From an uncultured bacterium (GTDB taxonomy: Bacteria; Acidobacteriota; HRBIN11; JAKEFK01), in assembly GCA_963777505.1 (NCBI GenBank), contig CAVZQN010000004.1, positions 192,001-256,000 on the forward strand: a stretch of DNA of 64,000 bases, in the 5' to 3' direction. How positions within the stretch are numbered: the first letter of the stretch is position 1; each line of letters begins with the position of its first letter. Below are positions 1 to 9,443 of the stretch, piece by piece. The notes beneath the pieces were generated by a model. The model worked only from the letters and a program-made list of their open reading frames with translations. It ran no database searches and was not told where the DNA came from. Made by a program: the position numbers and the translations under genes.

Positions 1-1990
1 CAAGAAGCTGCAGAATTTTCTGTTTATACACCAGGAGGCAGCGGAGGATTACCTGTTTCAGTGTTGAAGTCTTTCAAGGTTCCACCGAAAGCTGTTATGG
101 AAGATTTCGATTCATTTCGGGAAAGGATCCAGATTTCAACAACCGCGTTGCTGGGATTACTTGGAATTGACGCAAATCCTCTTCAAAGCAGGGAACATAT
201 TCTTCTTGCCAACATTCTTGAAATCGCCTGGAAACAAGGACAGGATCTTGATCTAGCTGGATTAATTCACTGGATTCAAAATCCTCCAATTGAAAAAGTA
301 GGGGTGATGGATCTTGAAACATTTTACCCATCAAAAGATCGATTTGCTCTCGCGATGACGATGAATAATCTTCTTGCAGCGCCGGGCTTTTCTACATGGA
401 TGGCTGGAGAAGATCTCAATTTTGGAAATTTCTTACATTCATCTTCTGGAAAACCACGCGTTTCTATTTTTAGCATTTCGCATCTGAATGATTCTGAAAG
501 GATGTTTTTTGTTTCATTGATGCTTACTGAAGCGCTGAGTTGGATGCGAACACAGAGTGGAACAACAAGTTTGCGTGCGATTTTATACATGGACGAAATC
601 TTTGGATTTTTTCCGCCTGTCTCAAATCCTCCATCAAAACAACCATTGCTTGCACTTCTTAAACAAGCGCGGGCTTTTGGATTGGGAATATTGTTAGCAA
701 CTCAAAATCCAGTGGACCTGGATTATAAAGGCCTTTCCAATTGTGGAACCTGGTTTTTGGGCAGACTGCAAACTGAACGCGATAAAGAACGCGTATTGGA
801 AGGACTCGAAGGCGCGAGCGCAAACTTCAGCACGCAATTCGACAGGCAAAAGATGTCAGAAATACTTGCAGGATTAAAGACTCGCGTATTTTTAATGAAC
901 AATGTTCATGAGGATTCTCCAGTGTTATTTGAAACTCGCTGGTGTCTTTCGTACTTGAGAGGCCCGTTGACTCGCGATCAAATCAAGAAATTAATGGATC
1001 CTAAGAAGGTGGCTCAACCGGTAGAAAAGAGTTCAGCTCCGGTCGCAGACGCCAATAAAAGAAAAAGTTTCAAACGAAAGACCTGTAATCCCACCAGAAA
1101 TTCCGCAGCATTATCTACCGATTCGAGGGGTCCCGCCTTCCGATGCTTCCATCCATTACAAGCCGTATGTCTATGGCTCTGCAAAAGTTTTTTATCTGGA
1201 TGGAAAAATGGGAGTCGCAGCGGAACAAGAGATTTTACGCGCTGTTCCATTGAATGAAAAAACTTCAGTTGTTGACTGGCAGTCTTCTGTTGAGATGACT
1301 ATTCCGGAATCCGACTTAGAGCGATTTCCAGCTGAGGAAGCTACATGGGGTCCGTTATCGGCTGAGATTGTTAAGCCTAAGAATTTTGAAAAATGGAACA
1401 AGGCTTTTGCAGATTGGATTTTTCGAACGCAAAAATTGGATCTTTTACAGAGTCCAGTAGCGGGCCAGGTTTCAAAGTCAAACGAATCTGAACGTGATTT
1501 CAGAATCCGTCTGCGTCAAACGTTCCACGAAAAACGTGATAAAGAAGTTGAAAAATTACGGCGCGCATTCGGATCTAAAATGCAAATACTTCAAGAGCGC
1601 ATACGCAAAGCGGAACAAGCTGTCGAACGCGAACAGGAACAGGCTCAAAACGCGAAGATGCAGACGGCGATTTCTTTTGGCACCACAGTTTTGGGTGCAT
1701 TCTTTGGAAGAAAGAAATTGTCCACAACCACTCTTGGAAAAGCGACTACAGCCGCACGGGGGGTTAGCCGGTCAATGAAGGAAGCAAAGGATATTGAACG
1801 TGCGGAAGATACCGTGGAATCCATGAAGCAGAGACTTCTGGATCTTCAAAAAGAACTTCAAACAGAAATCGAAAATATTACGATGAGAATGGATCCACTG
1901 AATGAAGTTCTCCAGCCATTGGAACTTCGTCCCAAGAAAACAAACATCAATGTCCGATTGGTTTCAATTGTATGGGAACCGCATTTTTAA
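1..1990 (+). CDS. HerA/FtsK-like P-loop ATPase (DUF87/DUF853-like), 5'-truncated by the window, frameshift near 1045-1070
   Basis: Walker B ILYMDE and [19 protein letters not shown] in ORF 61..1257; removing one base near 1050 reads [21 protein letters not shown] into ORF 1208..1990 (coiled-coil-rich C-terminus). Confidence 0.75.
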
Positions 1991-2007
1991 CCGCAGAGGC
2001 ACAAAGG
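1989..2007. repeat. Short dispersed repeat ACCGCAGAGGCACAAAG (family B)
   Basis: Similar copies at 18824-18842, 32919-32936 (rc), 35653-35670 (rc), 39737-39812, 44273-44290 (rc), 59366-59383; all at gene ends or intergenic. Confidence 0.65.
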
Positions 2008-2036
2008 TTACAAGTATTAACCACTAAGTCACGAAG

Positions 2037-2192
2037 GATTGGATCGTTGCCGATTTCGTTCGCGTAGCGAACGGGCTAAGAATAGAGTCCCAAAACAAAC
2101 CTAGCTGAATCCGAAAGCCGTTCTTTTTTGTAAAGAAAGTTTGTTTTGGACTCTATTCTCAGCCTATTAAGAAAATCGGCAACGATCCAATC
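2037..2192. mobile_element. 156-bp MITE-like element with 20-bp perfect terminal inverted repeats
   Basis: GATTGGATCGTTGCCGATTT (2037-2056) is the exact reverse complement of 2173-2192; inner IR GGCTAAGAATAGAGTCCCAAAACAAAC / GTTTGTTTTGGACTCTATTCTCAGCC. Confidence 0.55.
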
Positions 2193-2299
2193 ACACGGAG
2201 TTAGCTCCGTGATCTCGGTGACTCCGTGGTTTTTCTTTTTATGCGCAACTTTGGCATGCCGGCTTCGTGTTCTTCGTGACCTTCGTGGCTAAGATCTAT

Positions 2300-5200
2300 T
2301 TAAATGGAAAAGTAGTGGATGTTGGATAGCGGTATGTTGATGGCAACAGCGCCTGCGTAATTTTCCGCCGGATTTAGGTTATAGAGGTTCCATCGTTCTG
2401 TCTCGTGTCTGTCAAAGTTTGTCCGGAGAAGACGGGGTGGTTCTTCAGGGGAAAGAGAAACATCAAATTGCTTCAATGCCAGTGAAAGCCCTTTTTCTTT
2501 CGCTTTAATGTACGCTTCTTTTCGGGTCCAGCATCGGAAAAATCCCAATGCTTTTTCGCCAGCAGGCAATGAACGAAGTGTTGCAGCTTCTGATGGTGAA
2601 AAGTATTGATTAGCAATTTCTTCGTTGTCCATATTTTCGCGAATATATTCCACATCGACTCCGATCTCGGCGCCTGCTGTCAATGCAAATACAATGACAT
2701 CATGTGAGTGAGAAACATTGAAATTGAAACCGGTGAAATTCTTAAGGAATGGTTTGCCATAACTGTTGTAATGAAACTGAATATCCTTTGGCTCCATTTG
2801 TGTATACAGGCTTAAAACCGATCGAAGTAAAGCTCGGCCAATCACATATTTTTGGCTGTCTGGTTGAAAATGAAATCTTCGCGCGCGCTGCAGCTCTTCT
2901 TTAGAAAGGACTTGTAAGAAATCGTCAACACTCTTTTCGTGTGCGCTAAAGAGTGCTTTCCAAATGTGAAGTTCTCCTTCTTGAATTCGGAAGGTAGATT
3001 GATTTGATTCCATTTTTATGCCATTTGAAGAGTTAGTGATTTCGATTCTGTTCTCGTTCTTCGTTGAGAATTCATCAATGCATTGCTGCAATGCTTCGGC
3101 TAACTCTTTAACGTTTGGTTCTTTTAAGATACTGAGATGATCGCCAGGAATATTGCAGACAGTAATCATTCGTGCAAATGGTTTCCAACCGACATCCGGT
3201 GCTATCTTTTGACCAACGGCTTTTTGCATTGCCAGAAAGAGTGTGAGATCTCCGGGATAATAGCCAGGATGATAATCGAGCAGCGCTTGATTATTCGCTT
3301 CGTGCACTCGCAATAAAGTTTTCGGTAGAGGCTTTCCAAGTTTGCGGAAAAGCTTATAGTTCGCAAGTTTTAGTTTTGTGCGTACTCTTCTTTTTACTGT
3401 TCTGAATTTTTGTTTGAGATGCGATTTCCATTGCTTTTTCACGAAAAGCATATCGAAATGATATTTGATTCTTTCTTGATAGGCAGTCCATTTGCTTGGA
3501 ACGACTTCCTGATCCAAAGACACGATTCGAAGAAATGTAGGCGCTTCGGTATCAAACAATGCAAGAACGCCAACCTGATCGCCCATTTCAAAAAGCTGAC
3601 GGGCCATTTCAAATGCAATCGTTCCTCCGGAGGAGAGTCCACCAAGATGATATGGGCCTTCTGGTTGTAATGTCTTGATCTCGCGAATGTAATCGGCTGC
3701 CATCTCTTCTACAACGACATGCGGTGTTTGTTTTCCATCGAGTCCGCGCGCCTGCAAACCATAGATCGGTTGATTAGGGGACATATATTCACCGAGAGGT
3801 TGATATCCCACGACGTTTCCGCCAATTGCATGAATGCAGAAAAATGGCGGAAGCTCTCCATTGGGTTGAATCGGAACTAGCGAAGACCAATGAGCGTTCC
3901 ATCCATCTTGTTTTAAGATTACTGCGAGTTGCTCAATTGTCGGAGCCTCAAAAAGAGTTGCAAGCGGAAGATTCTTTCCTGTTTCTTTTTCAATTTGTGA
4001 AAAGAGACGGACAGCGAGTAGAGAGTGACCGCCAAGATCGAAAAAGTTGTCCTTGATTCCGACTCTTGTAACATTCAGCAGTTTTTGCCAAATGCCGGCA
4101 AGCTTTAACTCCAGCTCATCACGTGGAGGTACATAATCCTTCTGCTGATCACCATCCAGGTTTTCCGGAAGTGGTAAGTTTTTTCTATCAATTTTTCCCG
4201 TTGCGGTAAATGGAAGATTTTCCATGAAGATAAATGTTGCAGGAATCATGTAATCCGGCAGTTTGGAGCTGAGAAATTCTTTCAATTCGCGAGATGTAGT
4301 CGATTTATCGTGTAAGGAAGCATAAGCGACGATTCGGGCAGTACCATCAAGAGTTGGTGCAGTTACCGCAGCTTCACGAACGCTGGTATGTTGCGACAAG
4401 GCTGTTTCAATTTCACCAAGCTCAATCCTGAACCCGCGGATTTTTACCTGATTATCGACTCTGCCATAGAATTGCAAATTGCCATCAGGCAAATAGCGAA
4501 CAAGGTCGCCTGTTTTATAGATACGACTTTTCTGATCATTAATAAATGGATCTGTAAGAAATCTTGACGTTGTCAGCTCTGGACGATTCAGATACCCGCA
4601 TGAAACGCCTTCGCCGCCAATCCATAATTCTCCGGGAACACCGACTGCAACCGGCTGCATATTTTTGTCAAGAACATAAATCCGCGTGTTTGCAATCGGG
4701 CGTCCGATTGGAACATCCTGAATTGAATCCGCGGTTTTTCTATTGATTTGCGAGTCGCTGAAGATCGTTGAAGTAATAGTCGTTTCGGTTGGTCCATAGC
4801 CATTAAAAAAATGAACAGAATCTCCCGCTATTTGCAGCCATTGTTTGTACGCAGGATATGAAACTTTTTCGCCTCCAACTACGACTGCACGAACGCAGGA
4901 AGGGATCACAAAAGAAGAGGATTGAATTTCCTGAACCAATTCATGCCAGTAAGCAGTAGGCAGGTTCAGAAGAGTGATCTTAAATTTCTCAACTTCTTTC
5001 AGAAACGTATTAAACGATGCGAGCATATGCTCATGTCGCAAGACAAGAGTCGCTCCCGTCAACCATGTGGGATACAACTCTTCGGCGGCGACATCGAAAC
5101 TGATAGAGGCAAATTGCAATGGACGATCATCCGATTGCAGGCTATAAACTTTTTTCACTCCGAGCGCTTGATTCACTAAATTGCGATGACAGACTGCTAC

Positions 5201-7162
5201 GCCTTTTGGCGTTCCAGTTGATCCCGATGTATAGATGATGTAAATCAGGTCGCGAGAATCTCCCTGCAAAGGAAGTGGTTCCTTCTTTTCCTTTCCAATG
5301 GATTTCCAATCTGAATCAACACAGATCACAGGAACGGATTGATTCAACTTCGATCGAAGTGAGTTTTGTGTGAGTACCGCGGACGCGTTCGAATCTTGAA
5401 TCATAAATTCAACACGATCCGGCGGATATGTTATGTCGATTGGTAAATAACAGGCTCCAGATTTTATGATGCCCAGAACAGCGATACACATTTCTATCGA
5501 GCGATCTATGAAAAGAGCAACAATCTTTCCACGTCCGATACCATTACGGTTCAGATATCCGGCAAGCTGATTCGATTTAGTGTCCAGTTCTTTGTATGTA
5601 AGCTCTTGTTTTCCACAAATAACTGCGATTGATTTGGGGGCAGCATTCACTTGATCCTGAAATAATTCTTCGAATCTACGATTTTCGGGAAATTCTGATT
5701 CAGTCTGATTCCATGTTTGAAGAATCTGTTCCGTCTCTTGTTTCGTCAGAATATTAAGCTCTGAAATTTTTTGATCCGGATTTTCCAAAATCGAATTCAG
5801 CAGGGTGAGAAAATGGCCCGACATCCGTTCAATGGTTTGATTTTCAAAAAGGTCTGTATTGTATTTCCAAACTAATGTAATGCCCTCATCTTCTTCTTCA
5901 ATCTCAAGAGCGAGATCATGCCTTGATGTTGAACTATCTGCGCGCACATATTCGAAACGTAATTCATCTAGCTCGCGAAATCCTCTTTTGGGGCGAACGC
6001 TGAACATGACTTGAACTAATGGCGAATGACTCTGGGTACGTTCGGGTTGTAATTCTTCCACTAACTTTTCAAAAGGAAGATCCTGATTTGCTAATGAATC
6101 AAGGCGCGCAGTTTTAACGCGCAGCAGCAATTCTCGAAACGTTGGATCTCCCGTTAGATCGGCCCTATGCACAATGATGTTTTCAAATAATCCGATGAGC
6201 GATTTTGTATCTGGAAACGTTCGACCGGGAGTTGGACAACCAACCAGAATGTCTTCTTCTCTCGTGTACCGGTGCAAGAGAACATCAAAAACTGTGAGCA
6301 GTATCAAAGAGAGAGTCATCCTTTCCTGGATGCAGAATCCAAAAAGATCTTGACTCAAATCCTTTTCAGCATTTTCTATAAAAACTTCTCCATTGAAGGT
6401 TTGCAGTGCGGATCGTGGGCGATCCGTTGGAAGAGCCAGGACAAAGGGAGCGCCATGGAGGCGATCAATCCAGTATGCGGTCTGCTTTAGAAATAGCCCA
6501 CACTTATAGGATGTTTGTTGTGTGTGCGCAAAACTTGAAAATTGTTGAGCTGGACCTTGCGGTCGTATCTCTTCACCCTTTGAAATGATGTCATAGAACT
6601 CTATCAATTCGTCGAATAGGAGTTTTAACGAAGTTCTATCAGCAATAATTCGGTGGGTCGTCAGCAGCAGTAGATATTCTTCAGATTCGATTTGTATTAA
6701 GGTCAAACGCATCAACGGAGGTGACGCCAGGTTGAATCTTTCAAACCTATCCTGGAGGCTTAATTCCTCAATTTTTCTTTCTTTGTTACTCTCTTCCGTA
6801 TGCCGTAAATCAACCTTTCTAATACTTGAACCGACGTTTCGAAGGACAGTTTGAGCGGGAACGCCGCTTTTCTCATCAAAGGACGTACGCAAGATATGAT
6901 GACGCTGAGTCACAAGGCTCAGGCTTTTCTCAAGAGATGGGATATTTAAAGGACCATGGATTCGAAGGCCATCCGAGATGTGATTCGCAGGACTTCCTGG
7001 ATTTAATTTCTCAAGAAACCAGATCCTTTGTTGAGCAAACGAAAGTGGAAAATCTCCGGATAGAAATCCCTGTGACAGTAAAACATCGTCGAATTCCAGG
7101 CCTTTTTTCGGTTGAAGGCTCTTTGAAGGCAGAGTGATATTTTCTTTTTCTGAAAAATCCAT
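2300..7162 (-). CDS. Single-module NRPS (C-A-PCP-TE) with C-terminal Sfp/HetI-type 4'-phosphopantetheinyl transferase domain
   Basis: C: PLSFAQQRIWFL, HRIIAD; A: YTSGSTGTPKG, NGYGPTE, YKTGD, QVKIRGFRIELGEIE, LPDYMIP, GKIDR; PCP: FFDLGGHSL; TE: GLSSGG, GDH; PPTase: YGKP, NVSHS, GVDVE, WTRKEAYIKA. Confidence 0.95.
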   Translation of the reverse strand: MDFSEKENITLPSKSLQPKKGLEFDDVLLSQGFLSGDFPLSFAQQRIWFLEKLNPGSPANHISDGLRIHGPLNIPSLEKSLSLVTQRHHILRTSFDEKSGVPAQTVLRNVGSSIRKVDLRHTEESNKERKIEELSLQDRFERFNLASPPLMRLTLIQIESEEYLLLLTTHRIIADRTSLKLLFDELIEFYDIISKGEEIRPQGPAQQFSSFAHTQQTSYKCGLFLKQTAYWIDRLHGAPFVLALPTDRPRSALQTFNGEVFIENAEKDLSQDLFGFCIQERMTLSLILLTVFDVLLHRYTREEDILVGCPTPGRTFPDTKSLIGLFENIIVHRADLTGDPTFRELLLRVKTARLDSLANQDLPFEKLVEELQPERTQSHSPLVQVMFSVRPKRGFRELDELRFEYVRADSSTSRHDLALEIEEEDEGITLVWKYNTDLFENQTIERMSGHFLTLLNSILENPDQKISELNILTKQETEQILQTWNQTESEFPENRRFEELFQDQVNAAPKSIAVICGKQELTYKELDTKSNQLAGYLNRNGIGRGKIVALFIDRSIEMCIAVLGIIKSGACYLPIDITYPPDRVEFMIQDSNASAVLTQNSLRSKLNQSVPVICVDSDWKSIGKEKKEPLPLQGDSRDLIYIIYTSGSTGTPKGVAVCHRNLVNQALGVKKVYSLQSDDRPLQFASISFDVAAEELYPTWLTGATLVLRHEHMLASFNTFLKEVEKFKITLLNLPTAYWHELVQEIQSSSFVIPSCVRAVVVGGEKVSYPAYKQWLQIAGDSVHFFNGYGPTETTITSTIFSDSQINRKTADSIQDVPIGRPIANTRIYVLDKNMQPVAVGVPGELWIGGEGVSCGYLNRPELTTSRFLTDPFINDQKSRIYKTGDLVRYLPDGNLQFYGRVDNQVKIRGFRIELGEIETALSQHTSVREAAVTAPTLDGTARIVAYASLHDKSTTSRELKEFLSSKLPDYMIPATFIFMENLPFTATGKIDRKNLPLPENLDGDQQKDYVPPRDELELKLAGIWQKLLNVTRVGIKDNFFDLGGHSLLAVRLFSQIEKETGKNLPLATLFEAPTIEQLAVILKQDGWNAHWSSLVPIQPNGELPPFFCIHAIGGNVVGYQPLGEYMSPNQPIYGLQARGLDGKQTPHVVVEEMAADYIREIKTLQPEGPYHLGGLSSGGTIAFEMARQLFEMGDQVGVLALFDTEAPTFLRIVSLDQEVVPSKWTAYQERIKYHFDMLFVKKQWKSHLKQKFRTVKRRVRTKLKLANYKLFRKLGKPLPKTLLRVHEANNQALLDYHPGYYPGDLTLFLAMQKAVGQKIAPDVGWKPFARMITVCNIPGDHLSILKEPNVKELAEALQQCIDEFSTKNENRIEITNSSNGIKMESNQSTFRIQEGELHIWKALFSAHEKSVDDFLQVLSKEELQRARRFHFQPDSQKYVIGRALLRSVLSLYTQMEPKDIQFHYNSYGKPFLKNFTGFNFNVSHSHDVIVFALTAGAEIGVDVEYIRENMDNEEIANQYFSPSEAATLRSLPAGEKALGFFRCWTRKEAYIKAKEKGLSLALKQFDVSLSPEEPPRLLRTNFDRHETERWNLYNLNPAENYAGAVAINIPLSNIHYFSI

Positions 7163-7366
7163 TCCTCACCTGGGTCATATCCGTTGGACAACTTCCTGGC
7201 CTTCCCCAAGAACCTCTCAGCTGGCACATTGGATTAAATTTTTGCTACCTTTGAAATTGGGCTTTTTTCCCCCCTTTTTCAAGAGGGGGATTGAATAACA
7301 TATCGACGATACACCAAAACGACTCTAAACGATACAATAGAGGTCAATTTTTTTTCGGAGGCACGA

Positions 7367-9409
7367 ATGACACAAAGGTTGTTGTGTTTTGTAATCTTAC
7401 TTATCTGCAGTACGGCACATGCTTTACGGCCGATGGAAATTCAAGATCTTTTCAAAATCAAAAGAATTTCAGCAGCGTCTCTTTCACCAGATGGGGCGCA
7501 AGTCGTGTATACGGTTGCACTTGCAGATGCGGCCGAGAACAAAACCACAACAGACCTTTGGATCAGTAATATCGATGGGTCGAATATCCGGCAGCTAACA
7601 AATGATCCAAAACACGATCGCAACCCGGTGTGGTCGCCGGACGGGAAATGGATTGCTTTTGAATCAACACGTTCAGGAGAGTCCCAGATCTGGCTGATAG
7701 CACCTGAAGGCGGAGAGCCTCGTCAGCTTACTAAAATTTCAACGGAAGCTGACACGGTTGTTTGGGCGCCCGATAGTAAGGCTCTTGCGTTTGTTTCAAC
7801 CGTCAATCCTGCCTATTCGACGAAACCATTTTCTGAAAGTGACGCCTTAAACAAAAAGGATATTGATCAAGCAAACACAGGAAAGATAAAAGCCAAACTT
7901 ATCACCAAGTATTATTTCAAGCATTGGGATACATGGGTTGATGGTAAGCGCAAACACATATTTATTCAGCCAATTGATGGCGGCGATCCAAAAGATTTGA
8001 CGCCAGGTGACCGTGATGGGGTTCCGAGTTCAACTACATTTGCTGAAGGTCCCGAATTCGCATTTTCTCCGGATGGAAAAGAGTTAGCCTTTACTCAAGC
8101 ACCCACTGAAAATGAAGCATGGAATACGAATCATGACATCCTTGTTATTCCCACTGCTGGTGGCACTGAAAAGAGAATCACAGAAAATCGTGGAGCAGAT
8201 GGTCAGCCTCTTTATTCACCTGATGGAAATTGGATTGCCTACCGTGCTCAATCAATTCCCGGACATGAAGCAGATCGCTGGCAGCTTTATTTGTATGAAC
8301 GGAACACGGGGAGGACACGAAGTCTAACGTGGGAATTTGATACTTCGATCGAAGGTTTTACATGGTCTCCTGATAGCAAGTTCATTTATTTTCATGCACA
8401 AGAAAGCGGGAAGATTCCAATCTATAGAGTGTCTTTGAAAGGCAGCGATATCATCAAGGTTTTAGACACACATGTTAACAGTGCAGTTAAAGTTACAAAA
8501 GACGGTCAAAGCCTGCTTTTCGAACATCAGCGCGCGACGCGTCCTGTAGAGTTGTGTACAGTCGGAGCGGACGGAAAGAATTTGAAGCAAATTACACACG
8601 CGAATGATGAATTATTTAAGGAATTGAATATGCCAGCACCAGAAAGCATCCTGTATGTAGGTTCTGGTGAAAAGAAAATTCAAGCATGGCTTTGGAAACC
8701 GCCAGCCTTTGATGAAGCGAAAAAATATCCATTTGTTTTGATGATTCATGGCGGTCCGCAAAGTGCCTGGCTTAGTTCATGGTCCTATCGCTGGAATCCT
8801 GCTCTATGGGCTGCTCAAGGCTATGTTGTTTTAGCACCAAACGTAAGGGGGAGTACAGGTTTCGGACAGCAGTTTGTAAACGAAATCAGTCGAGATTGGG
8901 GTGGCAAACCATTTGAGGATCTAATGGCCGGCGTTGATTACGCGGAAAAACTTTCGTATGTAGATAAAGATCGAAAGGCTGCAGCAGGTGCTTCGTATGG
9001 TGGATACATGATTTTCTGGATTCAGGGGAATGCTCCCAATCGATTCAAAACCCTTGTCGCTCATGATGGCGTCTTCAACTTTTACAGCAATTACGGTACA
9101 ACGGACGAACTATGGTTCGATGAATGGGAACACGGAGGGACACCGTGGGAAGCAGCTGACAATTACGATCAGTTTTCACCTCACCTTCATGCAGGCAAGT
9201 GGAAAACGCCAATGTTGATCATTCATGGTGAATTGGATTATAGGGTTCCAGTTTCAGAAGGAATGCAGGCGTTTAATGTTTTACAACGCAAAGGAATTGC
9301 ATCGAAGTGGCTTTATTTTCCGGATGAGAATCATTGGGTGTTAAAACCTGGCAACAGCGAACTCTGGCACAAAACAGTGTTTGAGTGGTTAAAGGAAACA
9401 TTAAAGTAG
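7367..9409 (+). CDS. Secreted S9 family peptidase (prolyl oligopeptidase / dipeptidyl peptidase-like)
   Basis: Signal peptide, PD40 (WSPDG) repeats, IHGGP, nucleophile GASYGG, HGELDYRV, DENH; GGAGG RBS. Confidence 0.92.
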   Translation: MTQRLLCFVILLICSTAHALRPMEIQDLFKIKRISAASLSPDGAQVVYTVALADAAENKTTTDLWISNIDGSNIRQLTNDPKHDRNPVWSPDGKWIAFESTRSGESQIWLIAPEGGEPRQLTKISTEADTVVWAPDSKALAFVSTVNPAYSTKPFSESDALNKKDIDQANTGKIKAKLITKYYFKHWDTWVDGKRKHIFIQPIDGGDPKDLTPGDRDGVPSSTTFAEGPEFAFSPDGKELAFTQAPTENEAWNTNHDILVIPTAGGTEKRITENRGADGQPLYSPDGNWIAYRAQSIPGHEADRWQLYLYERNTGRTRSLTWEFDTSIEGFTWSPDSKFIYFHAQESGKIPIYRVSLKGSDIIKVLDTHVNSAVKVTKDGQSLLFEHQRATRPVELCTVGADGKNLKQITHANDELFKELNMPAPESILYVGSGEKKIQAWLWKPPAFDEAKKYPFVLMIHGGPQSAWLSSWSYRWNPALWAAQGYVVLAPNVRGSTGFGQQFVNEISRDWGGKPFEDLMAGVDYAEKLSYVDKDRKAAAGASYGGYMIFWIQGNAPNRFKTLVAHDGVFNFYSNYGTTDELWFDEWEHGGTPWEAADNYDQFSPHLHAGKWKTPMLIIHGELDYRVPVSEGMQAFNVLQRKGIASKWLYFPDENHWVLKPGNSELWHKTVFEWLKETLK

Positions 9410-9432
9410 GGGCGGGTCTAAGACCCGCCCGC
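9406..9432. repeat. GTAG-type REP palindrome (family A), possible bidirectional terminator
   Basis: GTAGGGGCGGGTCTAAGACCCGCCC between convergent genes. Confidence 0.7.
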
Positions 9433-9443
9433 TTTTATAAATC

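Noticed and set aside
1-1990. HerA-based anti-phage system
   Set aside because: No nuclease or SIR2 partner visible downstream and the upstream context is outside the window.
1989-2295. CRISPR array
   Set aside because: Repeats are inverted and irregular, with no constant repeat-spacer period and no cas genes.
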